From Verrucomicrobiia bacterium (GTDB taxonomy: Bacteria > Verrucomicrobiota > Verrucomicrobiia > Limisphaerales > JAUIHU01): a stretch of 25,199 nucleotides of DNA. The position numbers were made by a program, and so were the translations under genes. Shown piece by piece: positions 9,659 through 20,200 of this stretch. Below the pieces are notes generated by a model. The model was not told where the DNA came from, made no database searches, and saw only the letters and a list, made by a program, of their open reading frames with translations. Where the stretch lies: contig JAUIHU010000001.1 in NCBI GenBank assembly GCA_030432175.1, forward strand, positions 1 to 25,199, in the 5' to 3' direction. Position 1 is the stretch's first letter, and each line of letters starts with the position of its first letter.

Positions 9659-10612
9659 ATGAGTGATGGATCTGACAATCAAAACGGAACCCTGGATCAG
9701 GGGTTGAAATTCATTGACCCGCACATTCATATGAACGCTCGGGTCACGGATGATTATGAGCGGATGGCGGCTGCCGGAGTGGTGGCGGTGATTGAACCTG
9801 CATTCTGGTTGGGGCAACCCAGAACCAGTATTGGGACATTTATTGATTACTACTCAACGCTGGTTGGGTGGGAGAGATTTCGCGCAGCGCAATTCGGGAT
9901 TCGGCATTACTGCGCCATTGGGCTGAACAGTAAAGAGGCGAACAACGAACCTTTGGCGGAGCAGGTTATGGAAATCCTGCCGCGTTTCCTGACCAAAGAA
10001 GGTGTCGTTGCCGTGGGAGAAATCGGATACGATGATCAGTCGGAAGCTGAAGATAAATACTTCCGCGCTCAGCTGGAACTGGCAAAAGAACTGGAGATGC
10101 TCGTCATGGTGCACACACCGCACCGAGATAAAAAACAGGGCACGACACGAAGCATGGACGTGATCGAGGAGCATGGGTTGGATCCGAGCCGAGTGGTGAT
10201 TGACCACAATAACGAAGAGACAGTTCGGGAGACATTGGATCGTGGATTCTGGGCAGCATTTACATTATATCCACGCACCAAAATGGGGAATGAGCGGATG
10301 GTGGAAATCGTCAGGCAATACGGATCGGATCGAATCATCGTAGACTCCAGCGCAGACTGGGCAATGTCAGATCCGCTGGCAGTTCCTAAAACTGGTCGGT
10401 TGATGTTAGAGCGAGGGATTTCAAGAGAAGACGTTCACAAGACCTGTTATCAAAATGCTTTGGACGCATATGGACAGAGTGGAGCATTTAACGAAGAGGA
10501 CTGGTTGAATCCAGCTCCGATTGATCAACGAATTTTGTTTGAAGGCAATTCAGTATTGCGTGGGCAGGCTCCCCGAGTGGATGAGGAAAAAGACAATTTA
10601 GTTATTGAGTAG
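9659..10612 (+). CDS. eboB: TatD-family metallohydrolase, EboB-like
   Basis: TatD metal-ligand motifs DPHIHM, VGEIG, VHTPH, IDH, DSSAD. The segment AGVVAVIEPAFWLGQPRT...GWERFRAAQFGIRHYC.IGLNSKEANN is characteristic of the EboB clade. Confidence 0.82.
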   Translation: MSDGSDNQNGTLDQGLKFIDPHIHMNARVTDDYERMAAAGVVAVIEPAFWLGQPRTSIGTFIDYYSTLVGWERFRAAQFGIRHYCAIGLNSKEANNEPLAEQVMEILPRFLTKEGVVAVGEIGYDDQSEAEDKYFRAQLELAKELEMLVMVHTPHRDKKQGTTRSMDVIEEHGLDPSRVVIDHNNEETVRETLDRGFWAAFTLYPRTKMGNERMVEIVRQYGSDRIIVDSSADWAMSDPLAVPKTGRLMLERGISREDVHKTCYQNALDAYGQSGAFNEEDWLNPAPIDQRILFEGNSVLRGQAPRVDEEKDNLVIE

Positions 10613-10687
10613 AGATAGTTGTCTTGAGGATGATTATCTTGTGTTGGAATGGCGTTGAGGTTGATCAATTAAACGCTTTTGTGAATT

Positions 10688-11173
10688 ATGAGTGATAAAA
10701 AACAAGAGATTGCCTGGGGAAGCAGGGACTCTAAAAAGGATGTGGAAACCGGTGAAAAGTTGGCGCCGAAGTTCGATGCCAATGGTTTGATACCGGTAGT
10801 GACCACGGACTATGACACGGGGGAAGTGGTTATGCAGGCGTTCATGAACGAAGAAGCCTTGAAAAAGACGCTCGAAATAGGGGAGGCAGTCTACTGGAGT
10901 CGAAGCCGTAGCGAACTCTGGCATAAAGGCGCTACCAGTGGGTTTACTCAGAAAGTGATAGAGATGAGAGTGGACTGTGATCAGGACTGTATCTGGATCA
11001 GGGTGAGAACGAAAGGGGGAGCTAACTGTCACGTTGGCTATCGCAGCTGTTTTTATCGATCCGTTAGTTTGGGACCGGAAGTTCCGGCAGAGCAGTTGGG
11101 AGCGTTGCAGCTCAGTGAGAACGACAAGGTTTTTGATCCGAACGAAGTTTATGGATCTGGACCAGTAAAATAG
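10688..11173 (+). CDS. hisI: Phosphoribosyl-AMP cyclohydrolase
   Basis: [39 protein letters not shown] and [10 protein letters not shown] are the HisI metal-binding motifs. Stand-alone, with no HisE fusion. Confidence 0.96.
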   Translation: MSDKKQEIAWGSRDSKKDVETGEKLAPKFDANGLIPVVTTDYDTGEVVMQAFMNEEALKKTLEIGEAVYWSRSRSELWHKGATSGFTQKVIEMRVDCDQDCIWIRVRTKGGANCHVGYRSCFYRSVSLGPEVPAEQLGALQLSENDKVFDPNEVYGSGPVK

Positions 11174-11186
11174 ATTGCGCAGGTAG

Positions 11187-11224
11187 ATCCGCGGAGTTTG
11201 GGGACTCTGCGGATTTTGTTATTT
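11187..11224 (+). terminator. Probable intrinsic terminator after hisI
   Basis: ATCCGCGGAGT / ACTCTGCGGAT, an 11-bp stem with one G-U pair and a 6-nt loop, followed by TTTGTTATTT. Confidence 0.65.
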
Positions 11225-11252
11225 CGACTCAAGCTCCATTGGTAGGGATCTG

Positions 11253-14200
11253 GTGAATATGCAACTCAAATCATCTTTGGCAAAGTTTTCGGGAAGCGTT
11301 GTTTCATTGACAAAGTTTTCAAAACTCCTGGCGTTGCCGTTATCACTGACGATTGCATTCAGTGTAGGGCAGGCTCAAAATCTGTCGATTCGGGAAGCTA
11401 AGTCTGGAGAGATTCCGCGACCTGTTGAAGCGTATTCGGATTTGAATTCCTGGTGGGGACAAGGGAAGGATCATTTTTGGCTGGCGTCGGATAATTTGGA
11501 TTCTCCATCGGAAAGTCAAGTCAACGTTCAAAGGGCGATTGCTTCCAGAGAGGCCCTGATTGAAATTGAAGTGGAACCCAGTGGATCACTTACAATTCAA
11601 CAGGCCCTGGATCAAGTTGTTTCTGGGGGAAGGATCATTTTGAAAAATGGAGAATATGCGGAGCGCATTCGCATCGACAAACCTGTGACGATACTGGGTG
11701 ATGGAGAAGTAACAATTACGTCACCGAACGATGAGACGATTGGATCGGTGGTGAGCATTCGTTCGTCTGGAGTTACTCTGGAGAATATGACGATCACAGG
11801 CGCGAGGGGGACCGGGAGAAATGGCGCAGGTGTTCGTGTATCTGGAGCTGATATTTCACAACTGAAGTTTGAAAATGTGAATGCGAGTCAGAATTTGGGA
11901 GACGGGTTCGCGTTTATTGTTTCAGGAAAATATAGCGCTATTGAATTTTTAGGAACCAATGCACGGTTAAATGAAGGATTTGGGATTGGATTTTATGGAG
12001 GGACTGCAATTAGTGGGCGGAACCATGAATTATCCGATATTCTTTTTGAAGGAAACCGTGACGATCGTGGAGTGGTTGCTTTTAATGAAGCTGGTGGAAT
12101 TTCAATTCGCCTGGGTTCCGGCGCTCAGGAATTAAGACATCAGATTGGGAATATTATTTTCCGGGATGCCGTTCTGGAAACTAATTACGGGGTGTCCCAG
12201 CTGATTATTCAAGGACTGACCCATCCATTGACATTTGAAGGTTGCTGGTTTAATGGCGGACTGTTCAGGGGATTCGACACCTCACAACCGTTGCCAATAT
12301 TGGTTCCATCCAGTCAGTATGCAATCATACTGATGGGAGCTCTGAAACAGGAATTTTACACACCGATTCCAGAGGTTAATTTCATCGCGAACAGTCAGGG
12401 ACAAGTCAACCAGTTTGATGGAATTTACTGGTTTGGGGTTTTGAACTGGATTGGGTGGAGTGATTTGGCAGGTGTACAGTTTGGAGAAAGTTCGGGGAGT
12501 GGAGGCGTTGGATTAGTTCCGGCGGTCGAGGTTGGAGCGACTTTGCAAGGGGAAGACTTGAGTGACTCCACAGCATTATTGAAAACAGGAGGAGCGCAGG
12601 GGAACTTGGATTTGTCTGGGCTGCTGATGGATTCTAATCGAAATGCCAGATTTGATTTGCTGATGGGCGGGCAACCATTCAGTGAAGATCCTGCAAATCC
12701 TGCGCCAACAACTGTGGCGGTGGATGCGAAAGGAATGCTTTTTGAGACCGCTTCAGGGGATATTAAAACTATTGAAGAAATGACTCTGGAAGAGCGATTC
12801 GAACAATCATCCCGGATGGTGACACAGTACAATCCTTCTGTAAGAAATTCAACAGCATTGGGATCCATTGAAATGGTCGAATCGGGCGATGTTTACATTG
12901 TTCCTTCACCAGGAAACAGCATCCAACAAATTCTGGAACGTGTTCCAGAGGGCTCTAGTGTATACGTTCAACGGGGAAATTATCCGGATGATACGACGCT
13001 TAACATAAACCGTGGGCTGAAAGTATTTTTTCAGGGTGGGCTGAATGCGGGGGGAAGCTCAGGAACAGGTGTGAATATTCCTGGACTTTCTCCAGAAGAT
13101 ATCAGCATTGATACAGGCGCGGAAACAGTTGAATTTGAAACACCTTCTGCGCCAGGGCTGACACAGGTAGAGGGAATTGTGTATTTGGATACCAACCGGA
13201 ATGGAACTCTGGAACCTGGAGATGGTCGACTGCAGGGAGCGGTGGTTTATCTGGATGACAACCGGAATGGACAACTGGACGAAGGGGAAATCTCTGTCAT
13301 ATCCGGCGCTGACGGCGCTTATTTGCTGCCAGTGGTCAATCTTGGCATTCGGGATATTGTGTTGGACCTCCCTGAAGGATTTGCTGCTGAACTGCCAACC
13401 GGGGGAAGTTATACAGAATCGCTGATTGCAGGAGACAATCTGGAGGATCGAAATTTCCTTCAAGCAGGAGTCGGACATATTTCGGGTGTGGCATGGGAAG
13501 ATTTGAATGGTGATAGCGTAAGAGATTCCACAGAACCTGAACTGAGTGGATTGGGAATTGTATTAAATCGACTCTCTGACACAGGGCAATCAATAGAAAG
13601 TTTAAGGACGTTGACTGATGAGTCTGGGGTTTTCTTGTTTGAGCGGTTATTTTCTGGAAACTATTCGTTCCGTAAGCCAGTTCCTGCAGATTGGATTTTG
13701 ACTCAGGCTCCAGGAGATGAAGGTCGGGTTGTGTCAGTGGGTGCAACTCCTTTGGAGAATCAGGATTTTGGAGCCTTCCAACTGGCTGCTATCAGCGGTT
13801 CCATTTACGAAGATGAAAATAAAAATGGAGTTTTGGATGAAGGAGAGCGCCTTGTTTCCGGCGCAACCGTCAGTCTGGATATGCAGAGGGATGGTTCATT
13901 AGAAGCTTTTCGTATCACTAATGAGTCGGGTGTATTTCATTTTACAGCCCTTGAGTCTCAGCCATTGAGTGTGTTTTCGCTTCTGCCTTCGTTGCCAGCG
14001 GGGTCGGAACGTTTGGAATCTGAATTGGATTTTGAAATTACTCAATCAGGTCAAGTGATAGATGACGCCATTGTTGGATTTTTCAATCCAGCCAGAGTTT
14101 CTGGTGAGGTGATTTTGCAGGCCGGATCTGATATTGGTCCGGCCGGATCTATCTCTGTTTCACTCGTAGATTCGAGTTCCGGAGAGATCGTTGATACGAC

Positions 14201-17200
14201 GATCAGCGCTTTGGATGGGACATTTGAATTAAGGAGTTCTCAACCTGGGGAGTTCAGTATACAAGCAGGACCATTGCCAGCGAACACACGAACCATCACG
14301 CTTCCTGAAGGTATAAATCTGGTCAGTGGATCTACTATTTCAGGACAAACAGTAGAACTGGCATTGAATCTCAATCCAATACTGGAATCCCAGACATTTA
14401 CCGGGACTCCTGAATTATCTCCGGCAGGCACAGTAGTTGGAATAATAGAAGCGGAGGATCCTGAGGCAGGCGCTATGACATTTGAAATAGTCTCTGGAAA
14501 CCAGATTGAGAATGCAGCCTTGAGGGCCTGGGCCTTCAGGGATCAGTTGGAATCGTTATTTGATGTAACAACAACGCGTGTTTTCGAGACTGCGCCACCC
14601 ATTGATGCTGGGAAGTTGTTACAGGGAATACGCTCTGTCGATGGAGTCAATCAAGTGGAGTTGTACTGGTTGACGGAAAATGGAGGGCTTTTTGCAAATG
14701 TTTATCCAGTTCAAGGTATTCCCGACGCAGATGCAGATTTGCTTGGAGAGAAGTTGGTTCAGTTAGATGGATCCTATTATAATAATCCTGATTTGCTGAT
14801 AGAAGCGTTTGAAAGACCGGAAGGACTGTTTCCGTTTGAGTTAGATGCAGCGACCGGTCATTTGGCATTGGCCACAAACACACTGATGCGCTCACAGCAA
14901 CCGGATGGTGGATTTCGTTTGGTTATTCGCGTTACGGACGAATTGGGGGCAAGCGCTGAAGGGGAAATAACTGTAGATTTACTTCCGGCAAACCTGGCCC
15001 CTGCTTTTATCCAAAACAACTGGACACGTGAGATCGCTGAAGCATCGGAGTCAGGGGTTTCGGTTGGAGAACCCATAATTGCCGAAGATCCTGAATCACA
15101 GGTTCTAACCTATTCAATCACCAGTCAGCAGGATACATTGGATCGACTCATCGAACTGGATAAAATTCATAAATTTCAGGATCCAACCGGTGGGGTGTAC
15201 AGTTTTAACGCACGAGGCGCTGGCGATAAGTGGCTTCATGGATCTCGTACACGCCAATGGTTTTATCTGGTTTTGGATCCGACTACGCGGAGAGCTGAAC
15301 TTTATGAGGCTCCGAAAGACGCAGGTCGTACATTGCAATTGGTTGCAGCTGGCGTGGAGCCTTTGGTTGAACTCAGTGATACCTTCTATGAAGATCCTTC
15401 TCTACTGGTTGGAATTGCGAACACTGATCCAAACCCGGACGCCTTTGCCATTGATAGCTCTACCGGTCAGATAAGGGTAGTCAACCCTCAATCATTAAAT
15501 CCGCTTTTCAATCCATATATCTATCTGACGATTCAGGTGGAAGATGCCGGTATGCCGCAGCTTTCAGCTGAGACCGAAGTCATTGTACGTATTGTTCCGA
15601 CATTGGATTTTCCAGGTATCTCCAGATTCACGAACCTTAGAATTTTGGAAAACTCACCGGCCGGGACACGCATTGGGCAGTTGGCGGCTTCAGATCCACA
15701 AGGGGAGGAAGACCTGGAGAGATTTGAGATACGATATGATGATTCTGGTCCTGGAAGTGAATCCTTCAGAATTGATGCGGACACAGGTGAGTTGTTTGTT
15801 GCTGATGGAGCGACACTGGATTTTGAAAATCAGATTTTTTATGAACTTAGAGTTCGTGTGACCGACCGAAGTCAGCGCTGGGCTGAAGGACGAGTGATTG
15901 TGGATTTGATCAATGTGGATGAGCCTGCGTTTTTGAATGTGGGTAATGGTTTGATCAGTGAAGGCAATGCTGGGAGCAAGTTGTTGGAAATCCCGGTCAA
16001 CCTGACAGCTGGGTTTGCACAGAACATTTTCCTTTCATACGACATTCAATCTGGAACAGCGGCAGAGGGAATTGATTTTGAGGACGCCAGTCCTGTTCCG
16101 GGAAGAGCGGTAATTATTCCTGGTGACCAGTCAACTCATCTGAGATTCAATATTTTTGGTGACACTGAACTTGAGGCTGACGAGACATTTACCGTGACGG
16201 TGGAGCTAGCGCCGGATGCGCCTGATTTGCTGTCCATCAACCAGGGTGATGGCACAGGGACAATTATTGATGATGATCGCCCTCGCGTTCTGGATAATGG
16301 TCGACCGGGGTTTAGCGCGATTGGTTCGGGATGGAATTCTCGAACTGCTAACGGGGCATATAACCAGAATTTACTGTTTGACGAATCAACAACCTCCTCT
16401 GCTAACTGGACATTCGAGGGCTTGGAGCCTGGAAAGTATCGCGTTTCTGTCAGCTCTCCTGCTTTAAGAGCGGTGGGATTTTATTCTGTCTGGGATGAAT
16501 CACGTCAATTGGCTGCTGAAGTGCGACAGGAAACATATACCTGGGCTGGAGGTTTGGGAACGGATTTCAGGGACGAGGAAGATGACTCGATTTTTTGGAA
16601 CGATCTTGGTGTTTATGAATCAACTTCAGGCAACCTGCAGGTGCGGTTGAAGAATAAACTGGAGACAGCAGGATTGACTCAAAGAATTAAACTCGCCGAT
16701 GCTGTTCGTGTTGAGCCAGTGGATCAATCTCCTGCAAAGATATTCATCAACGATCCTTTCCCGGTTCTTTATGGAGCAGATGCTGTTGTTCAGCTGGAAT
16801 TGAATGGTCCCGTAGATGAGACGATTTCTGTTGAGTATTCTATTATTGATCCCAATGGCGCACTAAACGACTTGAACGAGCGTTCAGGAACTTTGGTTAT
16901 GGAAGCTGGTTCTGACGGCGCTCAGCTAAATCTGAGTACTGTTAATTTTGAAAATCCGGGACTGGAAGATGAGCGTCAGTACACGGTCCGACTGGGACCA
17001 GTGACTCAAGGGTATGCTACTATTGTGAATCATTCTGCAGTTGGCAGGGTTGTGCCAGAGGAATTGATGAATCCGCAACTGGATTTGCTGGGACCTTCAT
17101 CGGTTTCGGAATCAACCACAGCCATACCCATGATCGCGAGGTTGAATTTTCCAGCGTCTGAGTTGATTGAAACGCGCTGGCAAGTCGGAGAAGTTTCGGA

Positions 17201-20200
17201 ATCTGGTGAAATTGGATCTGTTATTTCGTCGGGTGAACTGAGTTTTGCAGTTGGAATCAGAGAGGCGCTTTTTGAAATTCCTGCGTTGGACAACGACACC
17301 CCGGATTTACCGAATAGGCGTATGGTCGTCTGGTTAACTCCACGTACTCCTTCACAGGTGATTTCCGGCGATACAAGTCGGATTGTGGAGTTGGAAGATG
17401 ATGATGGGCCCATCATCGTTGATGCGCCGGATTTGAATTTTGGACAAGCCATTTACACTGAAACCAATTTGAGATCCGGGATAAGTGACTGGTCGGACTT
17501 TAACACAGGTTACGGAGGTGTATCGCGAATGATACAGGGGAATATATCGGAGCCTGGGGCTACAGCCATCGGGCAATGGAAGGTGTTTGGGCTGGTTCCT
17601 GGCGCTTTTTACAGAGTCTCTGCAACATGGCCCGGAAATAGTTCATTCACTCGACAAGCGCCATTCCGGATCTATCAGGATGATGAAGCCACTGGTGATT
17701 TAGATTGGGTCGGAGGCGCATTCCTGGATCAATCACTTTCGCCGGATGATTTCGTCACGGATGAGCTTGGGAGATTGACTGAACAAGGGTCTGTTTATTG
17801 GGAGGATGTCGGTTTTTTCAGGGCTGAAACAGAAGACTGGAGAATACAAGTCAGCAACAATGTGCAGGGAGTTGTGGTTGCTGATGCGGTTCGGATTGAA
17901 AGGGTCTTTATCCCTGTTGTGGAAACGATTCCAAACCAGACCAGTGAAGCTGGCGTACCATTGGAGGCGCTGGTGCAACTGGGTCATAGTGATCCAGAGC
18001 GCAATCTGGAGGACGTCGAGATTCAGTCGGTAAGATCTTCCTCCGAATTAATTGTTCCGAATACAATACGCAGTGGCGCAGGAATAACATGGGAACCTGT
18101 TTCGAGAGAACAGGGAATCTGGAGAGTGCGAATTCAGCCGATGGGAATCAGAACCGGGTTGGTTAATTTTACGGTGCGGATTACTGATGGAGAAACTCCT
18201 GTTGAAACAGAATTCAGTGTAGTTTTTCAACGAACCAATTTCCTTTTTGATTTTGGCGTCAGCGGGCTTGTGGAAACACCCGACACTCCTTTCATTGCTA
18301 TTTCAAAAAGTTCACTTTATCGCAGCTCCATGCAATACGGTTGGATCGTTAACCGTGGATTGAGCGTTGATTCAACCGAAGCGGCTGATTTGGCATTGAA
18401 AGATGCAGTTACCGGACCGGTTGCGGTGGATTTCAAATTGGGAGGATTGCCTGCTGGTGATTCATTTGAAATCGATCTGCTGCTTGGGCGTGATAATGAC
18501 AGTCTGGCATCGGGGACTCTGGTGCAGGCAATAGGGCGAGATGAAAATGTCGTTGATTCAGCGAGTTTTTATTACACGGTTTCAGAGAAGCCTGACTCTT
18601 TGAGAAAAGTTTCATTAGTGGCTACGGCAAATTCAGATGGAGAACTGATCATCAGGTTCAGCCCTTACCGTCCTGTAACAGCTCAGGCAGGTTTGAGATT
18701 TGCTATTACAGCCATGCAGGTTCGACCTTTGGGAGCGGAGTCAGTTTCTGCGTGGGAGAGTAAATTGTTAGCTGCCAATCTGAATGGAAATCTTGCCTCT
18801 GCCAATCAAACAATGACTCCACCAAATCCTGGAATCGGCTTGCAATCCAGAGTGGGAGGTGGAGGGGAAATCACATCCATGCCGGCGGCTCTCTGGTTGG
18901 ATGATGGTGGGGTTTCCTTTACAGCCTCCGAGGGATGGGATTCGATAGATGGATTTGGTTTTGAATCTGGTTTGCACTACTTTGCTTCCAGTTCTGCCGA
19001 CGAAACAGCAGACGTTGCTTCCTGGACGTTTATGAATCTTGAGAGTGGGATCTATCGTTTAGCCGCGCATTGGGAAGAAGGTGTGAATCGTTCGGAGCAG
19101 GTGCGTGTTCGTGTCCGACACCAGGATGAAGTGTATGGACCCTTCGTTCTGAACCAGAAACAAGCTCCAGAAGATTTTCAAAAACATGGAACGAATTGGG
19201 ACTGGGTCGGTGATCAGGAATTTTTTGTCGCTTTTGATAGTTTCTCACCAGGGACAGAGCGGGAAGATGGGAGTTTGATTCCTCAGGATTATAATCATTT
19301 TGTTGTGGAAATCCTGCCTTCAGCCGACGGTGTTACGGTTGCCGATGCAGTCTTGCTGGAAGCTGTGGGAGTTGAGCAAATCATAGCCAGTCCGCCTGCG
19401 GAATTGGAGGTTGTAGAAGGAAATACAATCGGGACAGATCTGTTAGTGGAGGTGAATCTTTCGACGGCCCCGTTGGATTTTGTTTCGTTGGATTATCAAG
19501 TGATCGCTGGAAGCGCAACGGGAGGTGTCGATGTGGAACTGGGGGAAGGCAGTCTGATATTTGGTCCGGGGCAAATTGTCAGTCAGATGCTGGTTCCGAT
19601 TTTTGGAGACACTCGTATTGAGGGTGATGAAACTTTCATTATTGAATGGAGCAATTCTATAGGGGTGGACTTAACTCGAACGGAAACTCCTGTGTTGATC
19701 ATAGATGATGATGGCGGTCGATCTGTACAACCATTAAGTGATTCAGTATCAGTCCTGGAGGCTCGGATAGAGGGGGCGATGGTTTGGCGGGATACTGACT
19801 TGAATGGGAGTCTGGATCCATTTGAGTCTGTTGCGACGAGTGATAGCAATGGAGTCGCTCAGTTTGCGATTTTAGAGTCACGCCTAAATTCTCCACTACG
19901 AGCTTCTGGTGGAATCGATCGTGCAACGGGAGATCCGATGATCTATCCGCTGTCAGCGCCACAATCGGCGACCACGATTCATTCATTGACCACATTGTTA
20001 CAATCGCTGGTTGATGAATATCCAACAATTGATTTGGTAGAACATGTAGAGAAGCTTCAAAATGTTTTTGGTATAGATGCAGCAATATCGGTATTGAATC
20101 AAAACGCTCGTGCAGCTTTTCAAGTTGGGTTCAGTGAATCTGCCGCCCGGGTGTTAATCGCGCAAACACTCATTGAAAGCCGGATCCTGGGCTTGGGTTC

